Shown one piece after another: positions 26,501-40,169 of a stretch of DNA of 64,000 nt. Under the pieces are notes generated by a model. The model searched no databases. It saw only the letters and a program-made list of their open reading frames with translations, and had not been told where the DNA came from. The DNA lies in assembly GCA_964016885.1 (NCBI GenBank), contig OZ024742.1, positions 348,564,001 to 348,628,000 on the forward strand. Reading direction: 5' to 3'. The first letter of the stretch is position 1. Each line of letters begins with the position of its first letter. This DNA comes from Eledone cirrhosa (Eukaryota). Made by a program: the position numbers and the translations under genes.

Positions 26501-29500
26501 TACTGATATGTGGTTGGACAGTTAAGGTGTTCTACTGATATGTGGTTGGTTAGTTAAGGTGTTCTACTCAGGTGAAGTTGAACAGTTAAGGTGTTCTACT
26601 CAGGTGTAGTTGGACAGTTAAGGTGTTCTACTCAGGTGTGATTGAACAGTTAAGGTGTTCTACTCAGGTGTAGTTGGACAGTTAAGGTGTTCTACTCAGG
26701 TGTAGTTGGACAGTTAAGGTGTTCTACTCAGGTGTGGTTGGACAGTTAAGGTGTTCTACTGATATGTGGTTGGTTAGATAAGGTGTTCTACTCAGGTGAA
26801 GTTGAACATTTAAGGTGTTCTATTCAGGTGTAGTTGGACAGTTAAGGTGTTCTATTCAGGTGTGGTTGAACAGTTAAGGTGTTCTATTCAGGTGTGGTTG
26901 GACAGTTAAAGTGGCCTACTCAGGTGTGGTTGGTTAGTTAAGGTGTGTTCTACTCAGGTGGAGTTGATCAGTTAAGGTGTTCTATTCAGGTGTATTTGGA
27001 CAGTTAAGGTGGTCTACTCAGGTGTAGTTGGACAGTTAAGGTGTTCTACTGATGTGTGGTTGGTTAGTTAAGGTGTTCTACTCAGCTGTGGTTGGACAGT
27101 TAAGGTGTTCTACTGATGTGTGGTTGGTTAGTTAAGGTGTTCTACTCAGGTGTAGTTGGATAGTTAAGGTGATTTACTCAGGTGTGGTTGGACAGTTAAG
27201 GTGTTCTACTGATGTGTGTTTGGTTAGTTAAGGTGTTCTACTCAGGTGTGGTTGAACAGTTGAGTTGTTCTACTCAGGTGTGGCTGGACAGCTAAGGTGT
27301 TCTACTCAGGTGTAGTTGGACAGTTAAGGTGTTCTACTGATGTGTGGTTGGTTAGTTAAGGTGTTCTACTCAGGTGTAGTTGAACAGTTAAGGTGTTCTA
27401 CTCAGCTGTGGTTGGACAGTTAAGGTGTTCTACTGATGTGTGGTTGGTTAGTTAAGGTGTTCTAATCAGGTGTGGTTGGAAGTTAAGGTGTTCTACTCAT
27501 GTGTAGTTGAACAGTTAAGGTGTTCTATTCAGGTGTGGTTGGTTAGTTAAGGTGTTCTATTCAGGTGTGGTTGGTTAGTTAAGGTGGTCTACTCAGGTGT
27601 AGATGGACAGTTAAGGTGTTCTACGCAGGTGTGGTTGGTTACTTAAGGTGGTCTACTCAGATGTAGATGGACAGTTAACGTGTTCTACTGATGTGTGGTT
27701 GGTTAGTTAAGGTGTTCTACTCAGGTGTAGTTGAACAGTTAAGGTGTTCTACTCAGCTGTGGTTGGACAATTAAGGTGTTCTACTGATGTGTGGTTAGTT
27801 AGTTAAGGTTTTCTACTCAGGTGTATTTGGACAGTTAAGGTGTTCTACTCAGGTGTGGTTGGACAGTTAAGATGTTCTACTGATGTGTGGTTGGTTAGTT
27901 AAGGTGTTCTACTCAGGTGTGGTTGGACAGTTAAGGTGTTCTACTCAGGTTTGGTTGGACAGCTAAGGTGTTCTATTCTGATGTAGTTGGACAGTTAAGG
28001 TGTTCTATTCAGGTGTAGTTGGACAGTTAAGGTGTTCTACTCAGGTGTAGTTGGACAGTTAAGGTGTTCTACTCAGGTGTGGTTGGACAGTTAAGGTGTT
28101 CTACTGACGTGTGGTTGATTAGTTAAGGTGTTCTACTCAGGTGTGGTTGAACAGTTAAGGTGTTCTACTCAGGTGTGGTTGGACAATTAAGGTGTTCTAC
28201 TGATGTGTGGTTGGTTAGTTAAGGTGTTCTACTCAGGTGTGGTTGAACAGTTAAGGTGTTCTACTCAGGTGTGGTTGGACAGCTAAGGTGTTCTACTCAG
28301 GTGTAGTTGGACAGTTAAGGTGTTCTACTCAGGTGTAGTTGAACAGTTAAGGTGTTCTACTCAGGTGTAGCTGGACAGTTAAGGTGGTCTACTCAGGTGT
28401 AGATGGACAGTTAAGGTGTTCTATTCAGGTGTGGTTGAACAGTTAAGGTGTTCTACTCAGGTGTGGTTGGACAGTTAAGGTGTTCTACTCAGGTGTAGTT
28501 GAACAGTTAAGGTGTTCTATTCAGGTGTAGTTGGACAGTTAAGGTGTTCTACTCAGGTGTGGTTGAACAGTTAAGGTGTTCTACTCAGGTGTAGTTGGAC
28601 AGTTAAGGTGTTCTACTCAGGTGTAGTTGGACAGTTAAGGTGTTCTATTCAGGTGTGGTTGAACAGTTAAGGTGTTCTACTGATGCGTGGTTGGACAGTT
28701 AAGGTGTTCTACGCAGGTGTAGTTGAACAGTTAAGGTGTTCGACTGATGTGTGGTTGGACAGTTAAGGTGTTCTACTCAGGTGTTGTTTGAGAGTTAAGG
28801 TATTCTACTCAGGTGTGGTTGGACAGTTAAGGTGTTCTACTGATATGTGGTTGGACAGTTAAGGTGTTCTACTGATATGTGGTTGGTTAGTTAAGGTGTT
28901 CTACTCAGGTGAAGTTGAACAGTTAAGGTGTTCTACTCAGGTGTAGTTGGACAGTTAAGGTGTTCTACTCAGGTGTGATTGAACAGTTAAGGTGTTCTAC
29001 TCAGGTGTATTTGGACAGTAAAGGTGTTCTACTCAGGTGTAGTTGGACAGTTAAGGTGTTCTACTCAGGTGTGGTTGGACAGTTAAGGTGTTCTACTGAT
29101 ATGTGGTTGGTTAGATAAGATGTTCTACTCAGGTGAAGTTGGACATTTAAGGTGTTCTATTCAGGTGTAGTTGGACAGTTAAGATGTTCTACTGTTGTGT
29201 GGTTGGTTAGTTAAGGTGTTCTACTCAGGTGTGGTTGGACAGTTAAGGTGTTCTACTCAGGTGTGGTTGGACAGCTAAGGTGTTCTATTCTGGTGTAGTT
29301 GGACAGTTAAGGTGTACTACTCAGGTGTAGTTGGACAGTTAAGCTGTTCTCCTGATGTGTGGTTGGTTAGTTAAGGTGTTCTACTCAGGTGTAGTTGGAC
29401 AGTTAAAGTGTTCTACTCAGCTGTGGTTGGACAGTTAAGATGTTCTACTGATGTGTGGTTGGTTAGTTAAGGTGTTCTACTCAGGTGTAGTTGGAGAGTT

Positions 29501-31260
29501 AAGGTGTTCTACTCAGGTGTGGTTGGACAGTTAAGGTGTTCTACTGATGTGTGGTTGGTTAGTTAAGGTGTTCTACTCAGGTGTGGTTGAACAGTTAAGG
29601 TGTTCTACTCAGGTGTGTTTGGACAGCTAAGGTGTTCTACTCAGGTGTAGTTGGACAGTTAAGGTGTTCTACTCAGGTGTAGTTGAACAGTTAAGGTGTT
29701 CTACTCAGGTGTAGTTGGACAGTTAAGGTGTTCTACTCAGGTGTAGATGGACAGTTAAGGTGTTCTACTCAGGTGTAGTTGGACAGTTAAGGTGTTCTAT
29801 TCAGGTGTGGTTGAACAGTTAAGGTGTTCTACTCAGGTGTGGTTGGACAGTTAAGGTGTTCTACTCAGGTGTAGTTGAACAGTTAAGGTGTTCTATTCAG
29901 GTGTAGTTGGACAGTTAAGGTGTTCTACTCAGGTGTGGTTGAACAGTTAAGGTGTTCTACTCAGGTGTAGTTGGACAGTTAAGGTGTTCTACTCAGGTGT
30001 AGTTGGACAGTTAAGGTGTTCTATTCAGGTGTGGTTGAACAGTTAAGGTGTTCTACTGATGCGTGGTGGGACAGTTAAGGTGTTCTACGCAGGTGTAGTT
30101 GAACAGTTAAGGTGTTCTACTCAGGTGTAGTTGGACAGTTAAGTTGTTCTATTCAGGTGTGGTTGAACAGTTAAGGTGTTCTACTGATGTGTGGTTGGAC
30201 AGTTAAGGTGTTCTACTCAGGTGTTGTTTGACAGTTAAGGTATTCTACTCAGGTGTGGTTGGACAGTTAAGGTGTTCTACTGATATGTGGTTGGACAGTT
30301 AAGGTGTTCTACTGATATGTGGTCGGTTAGTTAAGGTGTTCTACTCAGATGAAGTTGAACAGTTAAGGTGTTCTACTCAGGTGTAGTTGGACAGTTAAGG
30401 TGTTCTACTCAGGTGTGATTGAACAATTAAGGTGTTCTACTCAGGTGTAGTTGGACAGCTAAGGTGTTCTACTCAGGTGTAGTTGGACAGTTAAGGTGTT
30501 CTACTCAGGTGTGGTTGGACAGTTAAGGTGTTCTACTGATATGTGGTTGGTTAGATAAGGTGTTCTACTCAGGTGAAGTTGAACATTTAAGGTGTTCTAT
30601 TCAGGTGTAGTTGGACAGTTAAGGTGTTCTATTCAGGTGTGGTTGAAGAGTTAAGGTGTTCTATTCAGGTGTGGTTGGACAGTTAAAGTGGCCTACTCAG
30701 GTGTGGTTGGTTAGTTAAGGTGTGTTCTACTCAGGTGGAGTTGATCAGTTAAGGTGTTCTATTCAGGTGTATTTGGACAGTTAAGGTGGTCTACTCATGT
30801 GTAGTTGGACGGTTAAGGTGTTCTACTGATGTGTGGTTGGTTAGTTAAGGTGTTCTACTCAGGTGTAGTTGAACAGTTAAGGTGTTCTACTCAGCTGTGG
30901 TTGGACAGTTAAGGTGTTCTACTGATGTGTGGTTGGTTAGTTAAGGTGTTCTACTCAGGTGTAGTTGGATAGTTAAGGTGTTCTACTCAGGTGTGGTTGG
31001 ACAGTTAAGGTGTTCTACTGATGTGTGTTTGGTTAGTTAAGGTGTTCTACTCAGGTGTGGTTGAACAGTTGAGTTGTTCTACTCAGGTGTGGCTGGACAG
31101 CTAAGGTGTTCTACTCAGGTGTAGTTGGACAGTTAAGGTGTTCTACTGATGTGTGGTTGGTTAGTTAAGGTGTTCTACTCAGGTGTAGTTGAACAGTTAA
31201 GGTGTTCTACTCAGCTGTGGTTGGACAGTTAAGGTGTTCTACTGATGTTATGGTTGGTTA
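23600..31260 (+). repeat. ~3.8-kb tandem higher-order repeat (2 copies) nested in the macro-duplication
   Basis: ggaagtt deletion 23637->27478 (3841 bp); aggtgtgttc insertion 26941->30718 (3777 bp). Each copy holds two ~1.4-1.5 kb sub-blocks (tgcgtgg 24811/26283, offset 1472 = 46 units). Confidence 0.8.
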
Positions 31261-33289
31261 GTTAAGGTGTTCTACTCAGGTGTAGTTGATCAGTTAAGGT
31301 GTTCAATTCAGGTGTAGTTGGACAGTTAAGGTGGTCTTCTCAGGTGTAGTTGGACAGTTAAGGTGTTCTACTGATGTGTGGTTGGTTAGTTAAGGTGTTC
31401 TACTCAGGTGTAGTTGGACAGTTAAAGTGTTCTACTCAGCTGTGGTTGGACAGTTAAGATGTTCTACTGATGTGTGGTTGGTTAGTTAAGGTGTTCTACT
31501 CAGGTGTAGTTGGAGAGTTAAGGTGTTCTACTCAGGTCTGGTTGGACAGTTAAGGTGTTCTACTGATGTGTGGTTGGTTAGTTAAGGTGTTCTACTCAGG
31601 TGTGGTTGAACAGTTAAGGTGTTCTACTCAGGTGTGGTTGGACAGTTAAGGTGTTCTACTGATGTGTGGTTGGTTAGTTAAGGTGTTCTACTCAGGTGTG
31701 GTTGAACAGTTAAGGTGTTCTCCTCAGGTGTGGTTGGACAGCTAAGGTGTTCTACTCAGGTGTGGTTGGACAGCTAAGGTGTTCTACTCAAGTGTAGTTG
31801 GACATTTAAGGTGTTCTACTCAGGTGTAGTTGAACAGTTAAGGTGTTCTCCTAAGGTGTAGTTGGACAGTTAAGGTGTTCTATTCAGGTGTGGTTGAACA
31901 GTTAAGGTGTTCTACTCAGGTGTGGTTGGACAGATAAGGTGTTCTACTCAGGTGTAGTTGAACAGTTAAGGTGTTCTATTCAGGTGTAGTTGGACAGTTA
32001 AGGTGTTCTACTCAGGTGTGGTTGAACAGTTAAGGTGTTCTACTCAGGTGTAGTTGGACAGTTAAGGTGTTCTACTCAGGTGTAGTTGAACAGTTAAGGT
32101 GTTCTATTCAGGTGTAGTTGGACAGTTAAGGTGTTCTACTCAGGTGTGGTTGAACAGTTAAGGTGTTCTACTGAGGTGTAGTTGGACAGTTAAGGTGTTC
32201 TATTCAGGTGTTGTTGAACAGTTAAGGTGTTCTACTGATGTGTGGTTGGACAGTTAATGTGTTCTACTCAGGTGTAGTTGAACAGTTAAGGTGTTCTACT
32301 CAGGTGTGTTTGGACAGTTAAGGTGTTCTATTCAGGTGTGGTTGAACAGTTAAGGTGTTCTACTGATGTGTGGTTGGACAGTTAAGATGTCCTACTCAGA
32401 TGTAGTTGAACAGTTAAGGTGTTCTATTCAGGTGTGGTTGAACAGTTAATGTGTTCTACTCAGGTGTAGTTGGACAGTTAATGTGTTCTACTCAGGTGTA
32501 GTTGGACAGTTAAGGTGTTCTACTGGTGTGTGGTTGGTTAGTTAAGGTGTTCTACTCATGTGTAGTTGAACAGTTAAGGTATTCTACTCAGGTGTAGTTG
32601 GACAGTTAAGGTGTTCTATTCAGGTGTGGTTTAACAGTTAAGGTGTTCTACTCAGGTGTGGTTGGACAGTTAAGATGTTCTACTCAGGTGTAGTTGAACA
32701 GTTAAGGTGTTCTATTCAGGTGTAGTTGGACAGTTAAGGTGTTCTACTCAGGTGTAGTTGGACAGTTAAGGTGTTCTACTCAGGCGTGGTTGGACAGTTA
32801 AGGTGTTCTACTGATATGTGGTCGGTTAGTTAAGGTGTTCTACTCAGGTGAAGTTGGGCATTTAAGGTGTTCTATTCAGGTGTAGTTGGACAGTTAAGCT
32901 GTTCTATTCAGGTGTGGTTGAACAGTTAAGGTGTTCTATTCAGGTGTGGTTGGACAGTTAAAGTGGTCTACTCAGGTGTGGTTGGTTAGTTAAGGTGTTC
33001 TACTCAGGTGTAGTTGATCAGTTAAGGTGTTCAATTCAGGTGTAGTTGGACAGTTAAGGTGGTCTTCTTAGGTGTAGTTGGACAGTTAAGGTGTTCTACT
33101 GATGTGTGGTTGGTTAGTTAAGGTGTTCTACTCAGGTGTAGTTGAACAGTTAAGGTGTTCTACTCAGCTGTGGTTGGACAGTTAAGGTGTTCTACTGATG
33201 TGTGGTTGGTTAGTTAAGGTGTTCTACTAAGGTGTAGTTGGACAGTTAAGGCGTTCTACTCAGGTGTGCTTGGACAGTTAAGGTGTTCT

Positions 33290-35045
33290 AATGATGTGTG
33301 TTTGGTTAGTTAAGGTGTTCTACTCAGGTGTGGTTGAACAGTTGAGTTGTTCTACTCAGGTGTGGCTGGACAGCTAAGGTGTTCTACTCAAGTGTAGTTG
33401 GACATTTAAGATGTTCTACTCAGGTGTAGGTGAACAGTTAAGGTGTTCTATTCAGGTGTAGTTGAACAGTTAAGGTGTACTACTCAGGTGTAGTTGGACA
33501 GTTAAGCTGTTCTCCTGATGTGTGGTTGGTTAGTTAAGGTGTTCTACTCAGGTGTAGTTGGACAGTTAAAGTGTTCTACTCAGCTGTGGTTGGACAGTTA
33601 AGATGTTCTACTGATGTGTGGTTGGTTAGTTAAGGTGTTCTACTCAGGTGTAGTTGGAGAGTTAAGGTGTTCTACTCAGGTGTGGTTGGACAGTTAAGGT
33701 GTTCTACTGATGTGTGGTTGGTTAGTTAAGGTGTTCTACTCAGGTGTGGTTGAACAGTTAAGGTGTTCTACTCAGGTGTGTTTGGACAGCTAAGGTGTTC
33801 TACTCAGGTGTAGTTGGACAGTTAAGGTGTTCTACTCAGGTGTAGTTGAACAGTTAAGGTGTTCTACTCAGGTGTAGTTGGACAGTTAAGGTGTTCTACT
33901 CAGGTGTAGATGGACAGTTAAGGTGTTCTACTCAGGTGTAGTTGGACAGTTAAGGTGTTCTATTCAGGTGTGGTTGAACAGTTAAGGTGTTCTACTCAGG
34001 TGTGGTTGGACAGTTAAGGTGTTCTACTCAGGTGTAGTTGAACAGTTAAGGTGTTCTATTCAGGTGTAGTTGGACAGTTAAGGTGTTCTACTCAGGTGTG
34101 GTTGAACAGTTAAGGTGTTCTACTCAGGTGTAGTTGGACAGTTAAGGTGTTCTACTCAGGTGTAGTTGGACAGTTAAGGTGTTCTATTCAGGTGTGGTTG
34201 AACAGTTAAGGTGTTCTACTGATGCGTGGTGGGACAGTTAAGGTGTTCTACGCAGGTGTAGTTGAACAGTTAAGGTGTTCTACTCAGGTGTAGTTGGACA
34301 GTTAAGTTGTTCTATTCAGGTGTGGTTGAACAGTTAAGGTGTTCTACTGATGTGTGGTTGGACAGTTAAGGTGTTCTACTCAGGTGTTGTTTGACAGTTA
34401 AGGTATTCTACTCAGGTGTGGTTGGACAGTTAAGGTGTTCTACTGATATGTGGTTGGACAGTTAAGGTGTTCTACTGATATGTGGTTGGTTAGTTAAGGT
34501 GTTCTACTCAGATGAAGTTGAACAGTTAAGGTGTTCTACTCAGGTGTAGTTGGACAGTTAAGGTGTTCTACTCAGGTGTGATTGAACAATTAAGGTGTTC
34601 TACTCAGGTGTAGTTGGACAGCTAAGGTGTTCTACTCAGGTGTAGTTGGACAGTTAAGGTGTTCTACTCAGGTGTGGTTGGACAGTTAAGGTGTTCTACT
34701 GATATGTGGTTGGTTAGATAAGGTGTTCTACTCAGGTGAAGTTGAACATTTAAGGTGTTCTATTCAGGTGTAGTTGGACAGTTAAGGTGTTCTATTCAGG
34801 TGTGGTTGAAGAGTTAAGGTGTTCTATTCAGGTGTGGTTGGACAGTTAAAGTGGCCTACTGATGTGTGTTTGGTTAGTTAAGGTGTTCTACTCAGGTGTG
34901 GTTGAACAGTTGAGTTGTTCTACTCAGGTGTGGCTGGTCAGCTAAGGTGTTCTACTCAAGTGTAGTTGGACATTTAAGATGTTCTACTCAGGTGTAGGTG
35001 AACAGTTAAGGTGTTCTATTCAGGTGTAGTTGAACAGTTAAGGTG
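33290..35045 (+). repeat. Inserted ~1.38-kb copy of 29314-30694 flanked by a ~190-bp direct duplication
   Basis: 33477-34857 matches 29314-30694 at offset 4163 (gtactac, gcgtggtggg, cagatgaag, gaacaattaa, gaagag, gtggcctac). 33290-33477 recurs at 34858-35045 (offset 1568 = 49 units) with the shared rare gacatttaagatg...gtaggtgaac. Confidence 0.75.
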
Positions 35046-38000
35046 TTCTATTCAGGTGTGGTTGGTTAGTTAATATGGTCTACTCAGGTGTAGATGGATA
35101 GTTAAGGTGTTCTACTCAGGTGTAGATGGACAGTTAAGGTGTTCTACTCAGGTGTGGTTGAACAGTTAAGGTGTTCTACTCAGGTGTGGGGGGACAGCTA
35201 AGGTGTTCTACGCAGGTGTGGTTGGACAGTTAAGGTATTCTACTCAGGTGTGGTTGGACAGCTAACATGTTCAACTCAGGTGTAGTTGGACAGTTAAGGT
35301 GTTCTACTCAGGTGTGGTTGGACAGGTAAGGTGTTCTACTCAGGTGTAGGTGGACAGTTAAGGTGTTCTACTGATGTGTGTTTGGTTAGTTAAGGTGTTC
35401 TACTCAGGTGTAGTTGGACATTTAAGATGTTCTACGCAGGTGTAGTTGGACAGTTAATGTGTTCTCCTCATGTGTGATTGGACAGTTAAGGTGTTCTATT
35501 CAGGTGTAGTTGGACAGTTAAGGTGTTCTACTCAGGTGTAGTTGGACAGTTAAGGTGTTCTACTCAGGTGTAGTTGGACAGTTAAGGTGTTCTACTCAGG
35601 TGTGATTGGACAGTTAAGGTGTTCTACTCAGGTGTAGTTGGACAGTTAAGGTGTTCTCCTGATGTGTGTTTGGTTAGTTAAGGTGTTCTACGCAGGTGTA
35701 GTTGGACAGTTAAAGTGTTCTACTCAGATGTGGTTGGACAGTTAAGATGTTCTACTGATGTGTGGTTGGTTAGTTAAGGTGTTCTACTCAGGTGTAGTTG
35801 AACAGTTAAGGTGTTCTACTCAGCTGTGGTTGGACAGTTAAGGTGTTCTACTGATGTGTGGTTGAACAGTTAAGGTGGTCTACTCAGGTGTAGTTGGACA
35901 TTTAAGGTGTTCTATTCAGGTGTAGTTGGACAGTTAAGGTGTTCTACTGATGTGTGGTTGGTTAGTTAAGGTGTTCTAATCAGGTGTGGTTGGAAGTTAA
36001 GGTGTTCTACTCATGTGTAGTTGAACAGTTAAGGTGTTCTATTCAGGTGTGGTTGGTTAGTTAAGGTGTTCTATTCAGGTGTGGTTGGTTAGTTAAGGTG
36101 GTCTACTCAGGTGTAGATGGACAGTTAAGGTGTTCTACTCAGGTGTGGTGGGTTACTTAAGGTGGTCTACTCAGGTGTAGATGGACAGTTAACGTGTTCT
36201 ACTGATGTGTGGTTGGTTAGTTAAGGTGTTCTACTCAGGTGTAGTTGAACAGTTAAGGTGTTCTACTCAGCTGTGGTTGGACAATTAAGGTGTTCTACTG
36301 ATGTGTGGTTAGTTAGTTAAGGTGTTCTACTCAGGTGTATTTGGACAGTTAAGGTGTTCTACTCAGGTGTGGTTGGACAGTTAAGATGTTCTACTGATGT
36401 GTGGTTGGTTAGTTAAGGTGTTCTACTCAGGTGTGGTTGGACAGTTAAGGTGTTCTACTCAGGTGTGGTTGGACAGCTAAGGTGTTCTATTCTGGTGTAG
36501 TTGGACAGTTAAGGTGTTCTATTCAGGTGTAGTTGGACAGTTAAGGTGTTCTACTCAGGTGTAGTTGGACAGTTAAGGTGTTCTACTCAGGTGTGGTTGG
36601 ACAGTTAAGGTGTTCTACTGATGTGTGGTTGATTAGTTAAGGTGTTCTACTCAGGTGTGGTTGAACAGTTAAGGTGTTCTACTCAGGTGTGGTTGGACAG
36701 TTAAGGTGTTCTACTGATGTGTGGTTGGTTAGTTAAGGTGTTCTACTCAGGTGTGGTTGAACAGTTAAGGTGTTCTACTCAGGTGTGGTTGGACAGCTAA
36801 GGTGTTCTACTCAGGTGTAGTTGGACAGTTAAGGTGTTCTACTCAGGTGTAGTTGAACAGTTAAGGTGTTCTACTCAGGTGTAGTTGGACAGTTAAGGTG
36901 TTCTACTCAGGTGTAGATGGACAGTTAAGGTGTTCTATTCAGGTGTGGTTGAACAGTTAAGGTGTTCTACTCAGGTGTGGTTGGACAGTTAAGGTGTTCG
37001 ACTGATGTGTTTGGACAGTTAAGGTGTTCTACTCAGGTGTTGTTTGACAGTTAAGGTATTCTACTCAGGTGTGGTTGGACAGTTAAGGTGTTCTACTGAT
37101 ATGTGGTTGGACAGTTAAGGTGTTCTACTGATATGTGGTTGGTTAGTTAAGGTGTTCTACTCAGGTGAAGTTGAACAGTTAAGGTGTTCTACTCAGGTGT
37201 AGTTGGACATTTAAGGTGTTCTACTCAGGTGTGATTGAACAGTTAAGGTGTTCTACTCAGGTGTAGTTGGACAGTTAAGGTGTTCTACTCAGGTGTAGTT
37301 GGACAGTTAAGGTGTTCTACTCAGGTGTGGTTGGACAGTTAAGGTGTTCTACTTATATGTGGTTGGTTAGATAAGATGTTCTACTCAGGTGAAGTTGGAC
37401 ATTTAAGGTGTTCTATTCAGGTGTAGATGGACAGTTAAGATGTTCTACTGTTGTGTGGTTGGTTAGTTAAGGTGTTCTACTCAGGTGTGGTTGGACAGTT
37501 AAGGTGTTCTACTCAGGTGTGGTTGGAAAGCTAAGGTGTTCTATTCTGGTGTAGTTGGACAGTTAAGGTGTACTACTCAGGTGTAGTTGGACAGTTAAGC
37601 TGTTCTCCTGATGTGTGGTTGGTTAGTTAAGGTGTTCTACTCAGGTGTAGTTGGACAGTTAAAGTGTTCTACTCAGCTGTGGTTGGACAGTTAAGATGTT
37701 CTACTGATGTGTGGTTCGTTAGTTAAGGTGTTCTACTCAGGTGTAGTTGGAGAGTTAAGGTGTTCTACTCAGGTGTGGTTGGACAGTTAAGGTGTTCTAC
37801 TGATGTGTGGTTGGTTAGTTAAGGTGTTCTACTCAGGCGTGGTTAAACAGTTAAGGTGTTCTACTCAGGTGTGGTTGGACAGTTAAGGTGTTCTACTGAT
37901 GTGTGGTTGGTTAGTTAAGGTGTTCTACTCAGGTGTGGTTGAACAGTTAAGGTGTTCTACTCAGGTGTGTTTGGACAGCTAAGGTGTTCTACTCAGGTGT

Positions 38001-40169
38001 AGTTGGACAGTTAAGGTGTTCTACTCAGGTGTAGTTGAACAGTTAAGGTGTTCTACTCAGGTGTAGTTGGACAGTTAAGGTGTTCTACTCAGGTGTAGAT
38101 GGACAGTTAAGTTGTTCTACTCAGGTGTAGTTGGACAGTTAAGGTGTTCTATTCAGGTGTGGTTGAACAGTTAAGGTGTTCTACTCAGGTGTGGTTGGAC
38201 AGTTAAGGTGTTCTACTCAGGTGTAGTTGAACAGTTAAGGTGTTCTATTCAGGTGTAGTTGGACAGTTAAGGTGTTCTACTCAGGTGTGGTTGAACAGTT
38301 AAGGTGTTCTACTCAGGTGTAGGTGGACAGTTAAGGTGTTCTACTCAGGTGTAGTTGGACAGTTAAGGTGTTCTATTCAGGTGTGGTTGAACAGTTAAGG
38401 TGTTCTACTGATGCGTGGTTGGACAGTTAAGGTGTTCTACGCAGGTGTAGTTGAACAGTTAAGGTGTTCTACTCAGGTGTAGTTGGACAGTTAAGGTGTT
38501 CTATTCAGGTGTGGTTGAACAGTTAAGGTGTTCTACTGATGTGTGGTTGGACAGTTAAGGTGTTCTACTCAGGTGTTGTTTGACAGTTAAGGTATTCTAC
38601 TCAGGTGTGGTTGGACAGTTAAGGTGTTCTACTGATATGTGGTTGGACAGTTAAGGTGTTCTACTGATATGTGGTTGGTTAGTTAAGGTGTTCTACTCAG
38701 GTGAAGTTGAACAGTTAAGGTGTTCTACTCAGGTGTAGTTGGACAGTTAAGGTGTTCTACTCAGGTGTGATTGAACAGTTAAGGTGTTCTACTCAGGTGT
38801 AGTTGGACAGTTAAGGTGTTCTACTCAGGTGTAGTTGGACAGTTAAGGTGTTCTACTCAGGTGTGGTTGGACAGTTAAGGTGTTCTACTGATATGTGGTT
38901 GGTTAGATAAGGTGTTCTACTCAGGTGAAGTTGAACATTTAAGGTGTTCTATTCAGGTGTAGTTGGACAGTTAAGGTGTTCTATTCAGGTGTGGTTGAAC
39001 AGTTAAGGTGTTCTATTCAGGTGTGGTTGGACAGTTAAAGTGGCCTACTCAGGTGTGGTTGGTTAGTTAAGGTGTGTTCTACTCAGGTGGAGTTGATCAG
39101 TTAAGGTGTTCTATTCAGGTGTATTTGGACAGTTAAGGTGGTCTACTCAGGTGTAGTTGGACAGTTAAGGTGTTCTACTGATGTGTGGTTGGTTAGTTAA
39201 GGTGTTCTACTCAGGTGTAGTTGAACAGTTAAGGTGTTCTACTCAGCTGTCGTTGGGCAGTTAAGGTGTTCTACTGATGTGTGGTTGGTTAGTTAAGGTG
39301 TTCTACTCAGGTGTAGTTGGATAGTTAAGGTGATTTACTCAGGTGTGGTTGGACAGTTAAGGTGTTCTACTGATGTGTGTTTGGTTAGTTAAGGTGTTCT
39401 ACTCAGGTGTGGTTGAACAGTTGAGTTGTTCTACTCAGGTGTGGCTGGACAGCTAAGGTGTTCTACTCAGGTGTAGTTGGACAGTTAAGGTGTTCTACTG
39501 ATGTGTGGTTGGTTAGTTAAGGTGTTCTACTCAGGTGTAGTTGAACAGTTAAGGTGTTCTACTCAGCTGTGGTTGGACAGTTAAGGTGTTCTACTGATGT
39601 GTGGTTGGTTAGTTAAGGTCTTCTAATCAGGTGTGGTTGGAAGTTAAGGTGTTCTACTCATGTGTAGTTGAACAGTTAAGGTGTTCTATTCAGGTGTGGT
39701 TGGTTAGTTAAGGTGTTCTATTCAGGTGTGGTTGGTTAGTTAAGGTGGTCTACTCAGGTGTAGATGGACAGTTAAGGTGTTCTACTCAGGTGTGGTTGGT
39801 TACTTAAGGTGGTCTACTCAGGTGTAGATGGACAGTTAACGTGTACTACTGATGTGTGGTTGGTTAGTTAAGGTGTTCTACTCAGGTGTAGTTGAACAGT
39901 TAAGGTGTTCTACTCAGCTGTGGTTGGACAATTAAGGTGTTCTACTGATGTGTGGTTAGTTAGTTAAGGTGTTCTACTCAGGTGTATTTGGACAGTTAAG
40001 GTGTTCTACTCAGGTGTGGTTGGACAGTTAAGATGTTCTACTGATGTGTGGTTGGTTAGTTAAGGTGTTCTACTCAGGTGTGGTTGGACAGTTAAGGTGT
40101 TCTACTCAGGTGTGGTTGGACAGCTAAGGTGTTCTATTCTGGTGTAGTTGGACAGTTAAGGTGTTCTAT

